DNA of 64,000 nt from NCBI GenBank assembly GCA_965216875.1, contig OZ244207.1, forward strand, positions 6,880,001 to 6,944,000. The letters are read 5' to 3'. How positions within the stretch are numbered: the stretch's first letter is position 1; each line of letters opens with the position of its first letter. The notes beneath the pieces are model-generated. The model had not been told where the DNA came from, ran no database searches, and worked only from the letters and a program-made list of their open reading frames with translations. The stretch comes from Rubripirellula sp. Lineage in GTDB: Bacteria; Planctomycetota; Planctomycetia; Pirellulales; Pirellulaceae. The position numbers were made by a program, and so were the translations under genes. Shown here in pieces: positions 9,922-21,234 of the stretch.

Positions 9922-10845
9922 TTACGCTTCGCGACCAAGCCAATCCTTTAGAACTGCGAGATCTCGTTTGCAGGCGGCAAGGTGATTGGGAACGAGTTCA
10001 GGCTTGCGATGGTCAAGGTATTCTTCGTGCAGTGAGATCGGCCCGGTAAAGTTGAGATCACGGAGCATCTTGAAGAATTTGGAATCGACGCGGCCTTCGC
10101 CGAGAGGGACGTTGGTCGGGCGGTTTCCTTTTTCGGGCCATACGAAATCTTTCACGTAGACCGTATCCACTTTTGGCTGAATCATTCGGAACGTTGTTGG
10201 CCAGCTCATGCCACCTTCTGCGGTAGCGTGGCGAATGTCATAGGCGACCGCGATTTGTTCTTTGGGGATGCCTTGCAAGAGTTTGGCGATGTCCCAAATC
10301 GGTGATCCAAGGTAACGGTCGCCAGCATGGTTTTGGTAGAGTCCAAGTATCCCTATCTCGCCGTTAAGTGCAGCAAGGTCAGCGAAGATCGGTTTCCACT
10401 GTTTGAGTTGTTTCGCGACTGCAACGGTTGGGTCGTACTTGAAGTACTTCATGCGGTAGCGTTCGATTCCCAAACTCGCCGCCGTCTTCAATACCGATTC
10501 GGTATGTTTGTCGGTTGCGTTGTTGATGCTCGACGTCATGATGGTGATTTCCAGCCCGCGTGCTTTGAGGGCTTCAACCATCTTGGGAAGTTCGTCCGGA
10601 ACCTCGTGCGGTTCGATGTGTCCACCATCACGGATCGTTGCTTCGATACCGTCAAAGCCCATTTCGGCGATGCGGTCGGCCAATTCATCGTATGAGAGCG
10701 ATTGAAATGGCTTGGTGAAAACACAAATCTTGTTTTTCGCCGGTGCAGCGGCGCTGGCGGTCGTGGTGGCCGCCGCCATCGCTGCGCCCGTTGCCGCGGC
10801 AAGAAAGGTTCGACGCTTCATGGATGTTGACTCGGGTTGATTCAC
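9922..10845 (-). CDS. Tat-exported sugar phosphate isomerase/epimerase (AP endonuclease 2 TIM barrel)
   Basis: KRRTFL Tat motif; GFDGIE, YQNH, YDIRHA, VYVKDF, PLGEG.VD, F.GPISLHEEY. Confidence 0.9.
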   Translation of the reverse strand: MNQPESTSMKRRTFLAAATGAAMAAATTTASAAAPAKNKICVFTKPFQSLSYDELADRIAEMGFDGIEATIRDGGHIEPHEVPDELPKMVEALKARGLEITIMTSSINNATDKHTESVLKTAASLGIERYRMKYFKYDPTVAVAKQLKQWKPIFADLAALNGEIGILGLYQNHAGDRYLGSPIWDIAKLLQGIPKEQIAVAYDIRHATAEGGMSWPTTFRMIQPKVDTVYVKDFVWPEKGNRPTNVPLGEGRVDSKFFKMLRDLNFTGPISLHEEYLDHRKPELVPNHLAACKRDLAVLKDWLGREA

Positions 10846-13800
10846 TTTTTTGCTCCTTGGACGAGATAGGCGAACAGATCTCGCAACTGTTGATCGGTGA
10901 TTTCTTTTAGCACGTCATCGGGCATCAGCGATGTTTTCATCGCCTGCAGTCTTTCGATTTCATCCCGCGCGATGACGGTCAATTGGTTGTCGGCATTGCG
11001 AAGGGTGACAGTCTTTGGATCTTGAGCCGCGATCATACCGGTGATGGTGCGACCGTCGTCGGTCAAAACAAGATAACTCTGAAAGCCTTCGCGGATCTCA
11101 AGGCTCGGATCAACGATGGCGGGAAGCCAGAAGTTGAGGTTCCCGCGTTCATAACCATCCAGAGGCGGGCCAACCTTTTTGCCTTCCCCGAAAAGTTGGT
11201 GACAGTTGCCGCATCGTTTTGCAAAAACCTCTTTGCCCGCGGTGGCGTTGCCGACGTCTCGTGTGAGGATGGCTTTGAGTTGCTTGAGCTTCTCAAGTTT
11301 TTCGGGGGCAGACCCACTTAGCGACTTGCCGAACGCCTGTTCAACCGCGGCTACCATTTCTGGGGTGTCGTAGGCGCGTAGTTGCTGGATCACATCTGGG
11401 GGAACATGCTCAGGCCGAACTCGCCATGCATTGACTTCGTCCAGTAACGCGATCGCCCACGAAGGACGACTGGCGAGCGTTCGACAGGCCGTTGATCGCA
11501 GGCCATGTTCGGCTGAAATGGAGCTGCCGAAACGGCTGACGAGGGACTTGGGGATCGTCTCGTTTTTGTATTGACCGAGCGAACGCATTGCGACGCGTCG
11601 TAGCGCCGGATCGATTGATCCACCCGTCGCAAGTTTCAACAAGGTTCCGACCACTCGGGGTTGGTCTACTTCACCAAACACGCGCGCCAGTTCGATCCGG
11701 ATTCCGAGTTCGGTCGCGGAACTGGCCAACGCCTTGATCGCTTTGTCGACACCCGTGTCACTTCCCTGTCGCAGCCCCAAAACCAAACCGGAATCGCCCA
11801 ATTGTGATTGGTAGTCGGCCAACGCTCGGGCAAGCTGATCGGGAAGTGGCGGAATCGAAAGCCCTTGAAACGCCCGGTTGAGACCCGTCATCAGTTGTTG
11901 TTTCGAATCGTCATCATCGGCGAGAGCCAATAGTTTGCCGCAGTTTTCAAGATCCGATCGCTCGCCGGCAGAGGCATAACGTTGCATCAGCCGGCTCAGA
12001 AGGTGTTCTCGCACGAGCGGACGTCTCCAAACGGATTCGTTCTCCAGGAGTTTTTCGATCTCGAGCCATGAGTCGGCATGGCTCTCCAGTGCCCACCAAA
12101 TCATCAATGGCATGTGTGGGTCTGACGCGTCGTCATCGTGACGCACCAATCCGCCGATGATCGGAATTGCGACCGAAGCGCGAAGTCGTTTTGCGGTCGA
12201 AGCAAGCTGGCTGCGGACTTGGACGTCTTGTTCTTGGCGAGCGAGTTCGACGAGGCCAGGAACACTCTCGCGGCGATCGCCTAGCAAACGCACGACCCAG
12301 CGGCGAATGTGTGGGTCGTCTGACGCCAGCCATCTGCTTGCTCGCGACGACGAGAGTTCTCCCATGATGCTTAATGCCCACAACGCTTCGAGCGTGGATT
12401 GCTCATCGATGTGTTGCTCTAAGATTGCCACAACCGACGGATCGTTGCGCCAGCCAAGTTCGAGGGCAGCTCGCTGACGCACCCATTTATTGGGATGCGA
12501 AAAGAGTTCGATCAGCCGCTCGCTTTTCAAATGATGCAGGTCGCCTTCGCGATACACCGCGTCGCCCTTTTCGGGAACGACTCGATAGACCCGGCCACTT
12601 TCTTTGTGCCAATCGTCGATCGGCGAGACATGACTCAGTCGAGTGTCATACCAGTCGGCCATGTAAACTGCGCCATCGGGCCCAACGCCGCAATAGACTG
12701 GGCGAAACCAGCGATCAGGACTCTCAACAAGATTTTCGTTGTCAATCGTTCGGTAGGTCGATCCGTCGGCGATGCGTTTGCTGCTCCAAACAAGGTTGTG
12801 CAACGCGTTGGGCGCGATGATCGAGCCCGCATCGGAACTGGGGAACAGTCCTCCCTCGTAAATACAGAAGGCTTGTGGGAAGCGTCGGCCGTCGCCTTCG
12901 AATTTCATTGGCGGAAAGAAGCCAAACGCGTAAGGGTTGGTCAGCGGGCCATGTTTGCCCCAGTTCTTTTGCGAGTAGCTGCCTTGGGGAAAGTACCAGC
13001 CACGCGTGTTACCGCCGTTGGTTCCCGTAAAGACGCGGCCTTTCGAATCGATATCGAGACTGAACGTGTTGCCGCCACCCTCGGCATAGATTTCAAACTC
13101 CTTTGTCGTGGGGTGGTATCGCCAGACACATTGACCTTGGAATCGCACGCCCTTGGTCACTGCCGAGCTTACATCGCCAACGGTCGTGCTTCCGTTGCAG
13201 GCATACAGCCAACCGTCGGGGCCAAACATCAAGCTGTTGGCAACCGAATGTGTGTCTTGCAATCCGAAGCCTGATAGGTGCACTTCCGGTTCGCTGTCGG
13301 GAACGTCATCCCGATCGGCGTCGGGATAGAACAGCAAGTAAGGCGGGTTCAGAACCCAGATCCCACCCTGCCCGACGGCAACCGAACTGGTGATGTTCAA
13401 CCCTGTGATCACCTCTTTGTGAACGTCGTAGATGCCATCGCCGTCGGTGTCTTCGTGGACCGTGATTTTGTCGGCACCGGGCGTTCCATTTGGCGGCGGA
13501 TCGGGAACGCGGTCGAAGACGGCACGCAAATGCTGGTCATACCGAATCACCTTCAAACCGGCCGGGTATTGGTATTGGCGGTAGTGCACGACCCACAGGC
13601 GACCGCGCGAGTCCCAGGAAAGGAACAATGGCTGTGAGACGACTGGTTCACCGGCGACCAATTCGATTTTGTACCCGTCGCGGACTCGGAATTGTTTGAC
13701 CGCTTCGCTTGCCGCTGTCGGCGGAGTGTCGTCGGCCATCACCCCACGCCCCGCAAAGCTCTTCATGATTTCGGCGACCTGGTCGTTGCCCGCTCGTGAG

Positions 13801-13874
13801 GTATCACGCTCTTGGGCCGGCGCGACAGTCGAGAAGAACACAAGGATCGAAAGCGAAATGAAGGGAGTTCGCAT
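10842..13874 (-). CDS. PVC-type heme-binding CxxCH protein (membrane-bound dehydrogenase-like propeller, HEAT repeats, cytochrome c)
   Basis: ELVAGEP.V..P, WDSRGRLWV, EDTDGDG, GPDGWLY, FRPV...GPDGAVYMADWY; C-terminal G..VF...CGNCH, GPPL, SLMP. Confidence 0.93.
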   Translation of the reverse strand: MRTPFISLSILVFFSTVAPAQERDTSRAGNDQVAEIMKSFAGRGVMADDTPPTAASEAVKQFRVRDGYKIELVAGEPVVSQPLFLSWDSRGRLWVVHYRQYQYPAGLKVIRYDQHLRAVFDRVPDPPPNGTPGADKITVHEDTDGDGIYDVHKEVITGLNITSSVAVGQGGIWVLNPPYLLFYPDADRDDVPDSEPEVHLSGFGLQDTHSVANSLMFGPDGWLYACNGSTTVGDVSSAVTKGVRFQGQCVWRYHPTTKEFEIYAEGGGNTFSLDIDSKGRVFTGTNGGNTRGWYFPQGSYSQKNWGKHGPLTNPYAFGFFPPMKFEGDGRRFPQAFCIYEGGLFPSSDAGSIIAPNALHNLVWSSKRIADGSTYRTIDNENLVESPDRWFRPVYCGVGPDGAVYMADWYDTRLSHVSPIDDWHKESGRVYRVVPEKGDAVYREGDLHHLKSERLIELFSHPNKWVRQRAALELGWRNDPSVVAILEQHIDEQSTLEALWALSIMGELSSSRASRWLASDDPHIRRWVVRLLGDRRESVPGLVELARQEQDVQVRSQLASTAKRLRASVAIPIIGGLVRHDDDASDPHMPLMIWWALESHADSWLEIEKLLENESVWRRPLVREHLLSRLMQRYASAGERSDLENCGKLLALADDDDSKQQLMTGLNRAFQGLSIPPLPDQLARALADYQSQLGDSGLVLGLRQGSDTGVDKAIKALASSATELGIRIELARVFGEVDQPRVVGTLLKLATGGSIDPALRRVAMRSLGQYKNETIPKSLVSRFGSSISAEHGLRSTACRTLASRPSWAIALLDEVNAWRVRPEHVPPDVIQQLRAYDTPEMVAAVEQAFGKSLSGSAPEKLEKLKQLKAILTRDVGNATAGKEVFAKRCGNCHQLFGEGKKVGPPLDGYERGNLNFWLPAIVDPSLEIREGFQSYLVLTDDGRTITGMIAAQDPKTVTLRNADNQLTVIARDEIERLQAMKTSLMPDDVLKEITDQQLRDLFAYLVQGAKK

Positions 13875-13957
13875 TGCGCAGTTGCTTGGTCAGGATGGGT
13901 TTCTTGAGGCAGGATCGCACGGGTGCGACGATCGGGGACGCTGGCGAGCGGTGTTGG

Positions 13958-15391
13958 TCACACGATATCTCGAATCACGTTGCCGTGGACGTCGGTGAGG
14001 CGGAAATCACGGCCACCGTGGCGATAAGTCAGCTGCTGGTGGTCAATGCCGAGCTGGTGCAGAACGGTCGCCCACAAGTCGTAGACTTCGCATTTATTTT
14101 CGACCGCGTGATACCCTAGCTCATCGGTGGCACCATAGATCGACCCGCCCTTCACTCCACCACCCGCAAGCCACACCGAGAATCCGTACGGATTATGGTC
14201 GCGACCATTGCTGCCTTGTGAGAAGGGAGTTCTGCCAAACTCGCCAGTCCAAACGATCAGCGTTTCGTCGAGTAGCCCGCGCTGACGCAGGTCTTTGATC
14301 AGTCCGGCGATCGGTCGATCGACTTGCATTGCCATTGCCTGATGACCGCGCTCGAGGTCGCCATGTTGGTCCCACGGGTTGGCTGCACCGCCGGCACCGA
14401 TTCCTTTGGTCAAACAACTCAGTTCGATGAAGCGAACGCCGCTTTCAACCAACCGTCGGGCGAGCAAACACTGTCTCGCATAGGCGGCAAGTTCTTTGTC
14501 GCTTGAGTCGAGGCCATAAAGTTGACGCGTCGCTTCGGATTCGCCCGATATATCGCACAATTCGGGAACGGCGGTTTGCATTCGAAACGCGGTTTCATAG
14601 TTGGCGATCGCCGCTTCAATCTGTGGGTCCTTTCCAGCGGTTGCCGAAAACGTTTTGTCAAACGACTTGGCGAGATCGAGCCGACGTCGCTGCAAGATCG
14701 AAGCATCGCGTGGGCGTACATTGGGGATCGCAACTTCGGCATCCGCTTTTAGCACAGAACCTTGATGCTGGCCGGGAAGGAAACCATTGCTAAAGAGAGC
14801 GACACCGCCGTGAGGCGGGACGGCACCACCGCTTTGCAGGACAACGTAGGCGGGAAGGTTTTCGTTTTCTGTTCCCAAACCATAACTGCACCAGGCGCCC
14901 GCTGTTGGGTGCCCCATGAACGGGAACCCGCTGTGCATGAAGAAGTTGCCCTGGGCGTGTTCGTTCACGGGGGTTGTCATTGAACGCACCACCGCAAGCT
15001 CGTCGGCGACCGTCGCTAGCTCTGGAAACATGCTGCTGATGGGAATGCCGCTTTCGCCATGCTGTTTGAACGCAAACGGACTGGCCATCACGTTGCCGTT
15101 GTTGTTGAACTGAGTTCTCTCAACCGTCACGGGCATCGGCTTGCCGTGCAATTCCTTCAGTTCTGGTTTGGGATCGAAGGAATCGACCTGCGATACCCCG
15201 CCGGACATGAAACAAAAGATCACGTGCTTGGCTTTGGCCACATGATGCGATACAGAACCGCGTCCTGATTGCTGCATCATCGAAGCGAGTGCCATCGCGC
15301 CAAAACCAGTCGAGCATCGCTGGAGCATTTGGCGACGCGTTGGCAACATTGTCGATCGCAGTTCATGCGTTGCGTCACCGAACATAGACAA
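13958..15391 (-). CDS. DUF1501 family protein (Tat-exported)
   Basis: [66 protein letters not shown]; start uncertain (15391/15385/15349). Confidence 0.95.
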   Translation of the reverse strand: MSMFGDATHELRSTMLPTRRQMLQRCSTGFGAMALASMMQQSGRGSVSHHVAKAKHVIFCFMSGGVSQVDSFDPKPELKELHGKPMPVTVERTQFNNNGNVMASPFAFKQHGESGIPISSMFPELATVADELAVVRSMTTPVNEHAQGNFFMHSGFPFMGHPTAGAWCSYGLGTENENLPAYVVLQSGGAVPPHGGVALFSNGFLPGQHQGSVLKADAEVAIPNVRPRDASILQRRRLDLAKSFDKTFSATAGKDPQIEAAIANYETAFRMQTAVPELCDISGESEATRQLYGLDSSDKELAAYARQCLLARRLVESGVRFIELSCLTKGIGAGGAANPWDQHGDLERGHQAMAMQVDRPIAGLIKDLRQRGLLDETLIVWTGEFGRTPFSQGSNGRDHNPYGFSVWLAGGGVKGGSIYGATDELGYHAVENKCEVYDLWATVLHQLGIDHQQLTYRHGGRDFRLTDVHGNVIRDIV

Positions 15392-18300
15392 ACTCCTTGA
15401 AAGTGATCATTGCTCGCGCTAGTTCGATCCAAAGATCGGATTCGTTCATGGACTTGGGGACTTCGCCCAGCGCACTCCGCCGTGTCTGCAACGCGTCGAT
15501 CTCGCGAAGCAGTTTGCGATGCTCGTCACGCTGTGCATCACTGAGGGCGTCCATCACTTGTTTGTTCGAGACAAAGACGCCACCGCCGCGTGCCGACGAC
15601 GCGATCTCTTCGGCCGACAATGCGCGATCGTAAAGGTTGGCCTTTAGGACGCGGCCGCTGAGCAGACGATTGCCACCGGCGGGAAGATGCCGCACGCCGA
15701 AGCTGACAACGGCGTTGCCGGCTTGGTAGTTTTGCAGTCCACGGCTCTTGTAGGGTTTGCCGTAGGGGCGGCCATCCCGAAACCCGGTCACTTGGCCGTC
15801 GGCATGGTACGAGATCGCGACGTGCACGAAGCGATCGACAGCGTCTGATTCTTCGCTGCCCGAAAACGGTTCGGTGCGAGCGAAGTTGTTACTGCCGGCA
15901 AGCCACTGTCGCGGGCGTTGTTCTGCAAAGACGATGGAATCAAAAACGACGCCGTCACGCGTTTGCAGCGTCATGACCCCGCCGGATCGCTGGTCAAGCC
16001 TGTCGAGTTGCACCCACGCTTCGAGCGTCTTTTCGGACAAGTCGAATTCGAGCGGGTCGGTGACAACGTAACCGCCTTGCCGGACGGACAACGCGCCGCC
16101 GTCGAGCTTCGCACCCCCTTGCAGCTTGACGTTCGCTTTGCCGACGAGGTCTTCGAGTCCTTTCGAAAAGTCCCAGTGGGCGATCGGTTTTAGTGATGGC
16201 CCGTTGGCATCGTCGGACACATCGGCTTGGGCCGTCGCAACCAATTGTTCCCGCACGGGACGCAGGATGGAGGACGCTTGCTCGGTGGCTGACGCGATCT
16301 GTTGGTCGAGACGCTCAGCTTTTGCGATCAGCTTCTTCCTTGAGGCCAATGTTGAATCGAAAAAGGCTTGCACGGATTCGATCTCAGCGTCGCTTGCCCT
16401 TCGAGAAAAGGCCGACACAAAGAGTTGGTTGACGCGTTGCTCGGTCGAATCGGTCGATTCCAGAACTTTCCGAGCGAATTGAGCCGCATCGCTGGCCACT
16501 CGCGGGTCATTCATCATCATTAACGATTGAGCTGGGACGTTCGTCACATCTCGCCGACCCGTCGCACTGAACGGTTCGGGAAAATCGAAAGCGCGAAGAA
16601 ATGGATCAAGAGAGTTTCGAATGACACGAACGTAGACGCTGCGCCGTGGAGATTGACCCGAGACGGGTGGCCCAAACACGTTGCGATCGAGACGCCCGGA
16701 AACAGCGAGCAGCGAGTCGCGTATCACTTCGGCATCCATGCGCCGGACGTTCGCACGCGCGAGGAAGTTGTTGCTCGGATCCGTTTCCATTGCATGTGAA
16801 TTCGGCGTCGAATCGAGTTGCCAGGTCTTCGAGGTCACGATCAGACGAATCATCTCCTTGAGGGACCAATCTCGCTTTTCAACTTCACCGGCGAGCCAAT
16901 CAAGCAACTCGGGGTGGGTCGGTTTCATACCGAGGCGACCCAGGTTGTCGGGGGTCGCGACAATGCCCTTGCCAAAGAGGTGATGCCAAAGCCGATTCGC
17001 AATCACGCGTCGAGTCAGCGGGTTGTCGTCGCGAAGCAAATCCTCAGCAAGCTGCAATCGGCTGCTTCTCGATGGATCGTATTCGGATTCGTCGATCGCC
17101 TCCAAGAACCTCGCGGGAACAATCTCGCTTGGCTTCTTGTGGTTTCCTCGCACGAACAACGGCTGCTTTCGGCCTTGGGTTTCGTCCAAGCCCGGAACGC
17201 GTGTTGCTACCGGAACGGTCGCTTCTATCTTGCGATAGGAACGCACGAATTCTCGTGCGCTGGGGAGCCTTGAAAGTTCGTTGGGAAGGAGACCATCACG
17301 CACGCATCGATCAAGCAATTCGGCTTGTGAATCGGAACTCTTGCCATCGCGCCACGCCTCGATCGCAGACTTGGTCGTTGCCGCAACAAGTTGTGTGACT
17401 TCATCGATAGAAGCCGGCGATGACGGTGCGAGAAGATGCGCGAGTGGGTGAAGCGAACGTGGCGGTGCACCACCCTTTGTTTGCAACCGCACTTCAGTCG
17501 CCCCGAACCAAGACCTGGGCTGGTTTTTGACAAGCAACGGCGCATCGAGTCCTGTGGTGAGTTCGACGTGAAGACGATCTCCGGTCCAATATTTCAGGTC
17601 ATAGCGTTGCCACCGCCACTGGGGTTTCAACTGAGTGACCGGAAAGACGGTTCCGTTGCGTGGATAGTCTTGAACGACGTAGCGCAAGAACGCATCCCGA
17701 TCGCCGATGGCCCGCACCCAAAGTTCCGCGTTCTCGGGGACATCAATGTCTTCCGACGTGAGTCTGCCAGGAAGCTTGTCCGAGAGTGCGTGCGAATAGA
17801 CACCTGCGGGATAGATGCCTTCGAGTGCCCGTTCCTCCTGAGTAGCGACACGGTACTCGCCGGCAGGATTGAATGCTGCCGACAAGCCCAGGCCATGTTT
17901 GTACCAACGCGATGTTTCGCCGGCTTCAGACAACTTCCAATCGTGAATCAGGTGGTCGGCGTCGATCGTCGCTTGCGACCGCCAATGATCCGCCATCGCC
18001 CGCCATTGTTTATCGAAGGACTTGTCGTCCTTGATACGTTGACGGACCTGATGCAGAGGATGGAGCGAGTGCTGTTTGTCTTTTGCTGCTTCCAACCAAT
18101 CGCCGTCGTCTACAAGACGTTGCTCGAGTTTGTCGAAACTGGTGAGCCAATCACTTGCAATGGCTTTTCGGATTTGCGGTTTGAGTGCTTTGAGTTTGTC
18201 CAACTGCGACGCAAACGCATCAGGAAGGTCGATCGTTTGTCGCGCTGGTCGACAGGCGGCAAAGATTCCAAACAACGCGTAGTAGTCGCGTTGGCTGATC

Positions 18301-19421
18301 GCATCGAATTTGTGGTCATGACACCGCGCGCACGAGACGGTCAAGCCCAGGAAGGCTTTTGAAAATGCATTGACTTGGTCATCAACAAAACGCACTTTTT
18401 CGTCCAGGGCATCGGTTGGGGCGAAACCGTGAAAAACCATTCGCCAATGAATGGGTCCGTGAATCGATTCGTTCCATCCCAATGCTCGATCGATGCGTGG
18501 GTCTTCAAGTAAGTCGCCCGCAACGTGCTCACGCACCAACTGGTCATAAGGCACATCGCGGTTAAGAGCGCGGATTAAGTAATCACGGTACCTCCAGGCC
18601 CCTTCGATCCCTGGATCGCCTTCACTGCCATGTGATTCGGCATAGCGTATCCAGTCCATCCAGTGGCGAGCCCAGCGTTCGCCAAAGTGCTCGCTTGCAA
18701 GCAGGTCGTCGATCAATTGCCGCGTGACATCGTCGCGGTTTTGCGAGCGTTCGTATTTGGCGATCCATTGATCGAATTGTTCCGGCGTGGGTGGTAGTCC
18801 AATCAGCGTGATGAACAAACGCCGAATCAAGACGGGTGGATCCGCTTGCCCAACAGGTTGAAGGTCATGTTGCTTCCAGCGGTCGGCGATGAATCGATCG
18901 ACGGGATGATCCGACCAGTTCGAAGTCGCCGGAGGCTGTGTCGACTTGATCGGTTGAAAACTCCACCAAGCTTTCCGGCGCTGAAGTGTTGCCTGCCACG
19001 ATGTTGCCTCCTTGAGCGTGTCGGGCGATGGAGGTTTGTCGCGCGGATCGAATGCGCCATCGGTGATCCATTTTTCGAAGTCTTCGATCACACGATCGTC
19101 AAGCTTGGGGCCATCCTGAGGCATCTCCAAACCATCGATCTCATGTTTCAAAATGGCGATAAGCCGATTGGAGCCCTCCTGGCTTGCGAGGAGTTTTCCG
19201 CCATCGCCACCGGCCGCCATCGCCTCGCGATGATCGACAGCGAGTCCCCCTTCGGCGTTGTCGGTGGAGTTGTGGCAGGCATAGCAATGTTCGACCAGAA
19301 CAGGACGAATCCGGCTTTCAAAAAATGCGAGCTTTTCTTCGTCGGCGGGGCCAGCAAACACGGAGGCCGTCATCAAGACGGCAAAGCAAATCGAAGCCTC
19401 AAGACGAGAGAGGGCGACCAT
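15375..19421 (-). CDS. Planctomycete cytochrome c / DUF1549 / DUF1553 (PSD1) protein with inserted LamG-like domain
   Basis: [72 protein letters not shown]; LamG-like TLEAWV...HVAISY...[11 protein letters not shown]. Confidence 0.95.
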   Translation of the reverse strand: MVALSRLEASICFAVLMTASVFAGPADEEKLAFFESRIRPVLVEHCYACHNSTDNAEGGLAVDHREAMAAGGDGGKLLASQEGSNRLIAILKHEIDGLEMPQDGPKLDDRVIEDFEKWITDGAFDPRDKPPSPDTLKEATSWQATLQRRKAWWSFQPIKSTQPPATSNWSDHPVDRFIADRWKQHDLQPVGQADPPVLIRRLFITLIGLPPTPEQFDQWIAKYERSQNRDDVTRQLIDDLLASEHFGERWARHWMDWIRYAESHGSEGDPGIEGAWRYRDYLIRALNRDVPYDQLVREHVAGDLLEDPRIDRALGWNESIHGPIHWRMVFHGFAPTDALDEKVRFVDDQVNAFSKAFLGLTVSCARCHDHKFDAISQRDYYALFGIFAACRPARQTIDLPDAFASQLDKLKALKPQIRKAIASDWLTSFDKLEQRLVDDGDWLEAAKDKQHSLHPLHQVRQRIKDDKSFDKQWRAMADHWRSQATIDADHLIHDWKLSEAGETSRWYKHGLGLSAAFNPAGEYRVATQEERALEGIYPAGVYSHALSDKLPGRLTSEDIDVPENAELWVRAIGDRDAFLRYVVQDYPRNGTVFPVTQLKPQWRWQRYDLKYWTGDRLHVELTTGLDAPLLVKNQPRSWFGATEVRLQTKGGAPPRSLHPLAHLLAPSSPASIDEVTQLVAATTKSAIEAWRDGKSSDSQAELLDRCVRDGLLPNELSRLPSAREFVRSYRKIEATVPVATRVPGLDETQGRKQPLFVRGNHKKPSEIVPARFLEAIDESEYDPSRSSRLQLAEDLLRDDNPLTRRVIANRLWHHLFGKGIVATPDNLGRLGMKPTHPELLDWLAGEVEKRDWSLKEMIRLIVTSKTWQLDSTPNSHAMETDPSNNFLARANVRRMDAEVIRDSLLAVSGRLDRNVFGPPVSGQSPRRSVYVRVIRNSLDPFLRAFDFPEPFSATGRRDVTNVPAQSLMMMNDPRVASDAAQFARKVLESTDSTEQRVNQLFVSAFSRRASDAEIESVQAFFDSTLASRKKLIAKAERLDQQIASATEQASSILRPVREQLVATAQADVSDDANGPSLKPIAHWDFSKGLEDLVGKANVKLQGGAKLDGGALSVRQGGYVVTDPLEFDLSEKTLEAWVQLDRLDQRSGGVMTLQTRDGVVFDSIVFAEQRPRQWLAGSNNFARTEPFSGSEESDAVDRFVHVAISYHADGQVTGFRDGRPYGKPYKSRGLQNYQAGNAVVSFGVRHLPAGGNRLLSGRVLKANLYDRALSAEEIASSARGGGVFVSNKQVMDALSDAQRDEHRKLLREIDALQTRRSALGEVPKSMNESDLWIELARAMITFKEFVYVR

Positions 19422-19462
19422 AGAAACAACCGCGACAGGAGGGACAAAAGGTGGGAGCTCCC

Positions 19463-19468
19463 ATTCTA
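19463..19468 (-). promoter_or_regulatory. Putative -10 box (TAGAAT) for the DUF1553 operon
   Basis: TAGAAT on minus strand about 45 nt upstream of 19421; the same hexamer lies upstream of 41815 (41926-41931, minus) and the kinase (63153-63158, plus). Confidence 0.35.
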
Positions 19469-19669
19469 GTCATCTCGCTACCGCTGTGCCCTGTTCGTGG
19501 ACTCTGGTTCAAACGACCGTGAAGTAAGAGTTTCTCGCAAGAAATTGTGACCGCGCGGTGTTCTCGCGGAATAAACAATGGAGGCGGAGACTAGGCAAGC
19601 CTCCGTTGGCCGGCGGAATCACCCAAAATCCGGCTCCAGATTCTGATTTGCCCGGAATTGACTTCATCT

Positions 19670-20188
19670 ATGTCGCCACGAGACGAAACCCGCTTCATCG
19701 AAGCCTTGAGTCGCAACCAGCCGGCTTTGGAGGCGTTCTGTCACGCGAATCTCGCCAATCGTGATGATGCGCGCGAGGTCATGCAGGCAACTTGCGTGAA
19801 GCTATGGCAAAAGGCGGCAGACTGGAACCCAGAGACGGAATTCTTGCCGTGGGCATTCACCGTGGCGCGATTCACGATTCTTTCGCATTACCGCGACCAG
19901 AAACGCGACCGCTTGGTGTTCGATGAAGACGTGATCCACGCGATGACGGATGAAGTCGAAGAGGCCGCAGTTGCCTTTGATGGTCGGCGCGACGCGCTTT
20001 CCAAGTGCATGAAAAAACTCGATCAACGGCACAGGGCTCTGCTTCATGACCACTACACCGTCAGCCAGAGTTTGCGAGAAATCGCTGAAGCATCGGGGCG
20101 AAGCTTGAGTGCAGTAAAGATGACTTTGTTGCGAATTCGCCAGCAACTCAGCGCGTGCATTGAAAGCGAAATGAGGACCAACTCGTGA
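19670..20188 (+). CDS. ECF RNA polymerase sigma factor (Rhodopirellula/Verrucomicrobium type)
   Basis: DAREVMQAT.VKLWQK, FLPWAFTVARF region 2; L..CM.KL...R.LL..HY, S..EIA...GRS..AVKM.L.RIR region 4. Confidence 0.93.
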   Translation: MSPRDETRFIEALSRNQPALEAFCHANLANRDDAREVMQATCVKLWQKAADWNPETEFLPWAFTVARFTILSHYRDQKRDRLVFDEDVIHAMTDEVEEAAVAFDGRRDALSKCMKKLDQRHRALLHDHYTVSQSLREIAEASGRSLSAVKMTLLRIRQQLSACIESEMRTNS

Positions 20189-21168
20189 TGGAAGAGAGAC
20201 TGCTCAAATTACTTCAGAAGGTTCGAGACGAAGGTGACGATGACGCGCGAACCGAACTGAACGAGCTGCTTCGTAAGGATCCGGAAGCTCGAAAGATCAT
20301 GGCAAAGACACTGGTCGACGAACAGGCTCTGGTGAGTTGTTTGCGCGATGAATCGATCGTTTCCATTCTGAATGCGAAAACAGAAGTGGCAACCAGTCGG
20401 CCATCGATGAATCCTTCAAGGCGTCTCCTTCCATGGCCGAAGCAGGTCGCAGTGGCTTTGGCGGCCGGTGCGATCGTTGGACTGTTGGGAGTTGGAGTGG
20501 TCTGGGCTGTCCACTCGCCTCAATCACAGGCGCGAGTCATTCAGCTTGCGAACGGCGACTTCGAGGCATTTTCGGGGCCGGTTGAAATCGGCTTTCCGTC
20601 GCACTTTGGTCGATGGGGTGGCAATCCTGCTGAGGTGATTGAAGAAGCTGATGGAAATCGAGTGTTGCGTTTTCTGAAGACCGGGGATGTCCGTGGCGGG
20701 CCTGACGACTTGGCCTCGAACTGCTCCGTCTTTCAGCTGGTTGATTTGTCGCCGCTGCGGCAGCGATGGGGAAAGACAGATCCTGAGACTCAAGTCACTC
20801 TCAGCCTCTCGGCCCGCTTCCACCGAAAGGCTGCTCCGACTGATGCGGAACTGCCGAAGCTCGGAGGAAGTTGTCGCATCTACCTTTTCAATGCGGAGGC
20901 TGAAGCGATCGGAAACGGATGGCCTCGTGTGATCAACGAGGACGGTGTCGGCTATGGCAAAAAGGGAATCAAACTCGCTCCCGGAGACGAGCCAGAGACG
21001 ATAACCGCATCCTGCCTTCTCGAATCGGATGCGACCGTTGCACTTATCGTCGTTGTCGCGGGCACCCGCTCGCGTGCGGCGCCTGTCGATTTGGGTGGTT
21101 ACTTTGTCGATGACGTCCAGCTCACCGCGATCAGGCAACCGGCCCTACCCGTCCGCTTTGTAGAGTAG
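20185..21168 (+). CDS. Putative anti-sigma factor with TM helix and CBM4/9-like C-terminal domain
   Basis: Overlaps ECF stop; N-terminal LNELLRKDPEAR helix, one TM, then LANGDFE ... YFVDDVQLT bracketing a beta-rich domain. Confidence 0.7.
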   Translation: MMEERLLKLLQKVRDEGDDDARTELNELLRKDPEARKIMAKTLVDEQALVSCLRDESIVSILNAKTEVATSRPSMNPSRRLLPWPKQVAVALAAGAIVGLLGVGVVWAVHSPQSQARVIQLANGDFEAFSGPVEIGFPSHFGRWGGNPAEVIEEADGNRVLRFLKTGDVRGGPDDLASNCSVFQLVDLSPLRQRWGKTDPETQVTLSLSARFHRKAAPTDAELPKLGGSCRIYLFNAEAEAIGNGWPRVINEDGVGYGKKGIKLAPGDEPETITASCLLESDATVALIVVVAGTRSRAAPVDLGGYFVDDVQLTAIRQPALPVRFVE

Positions 21169-21234
21169 AAATGTTCCCTTGGGGTCAGCATTCACGTACG
21201 CAAGATTGCACCCGTCAAGACCAGAATCAAATCC

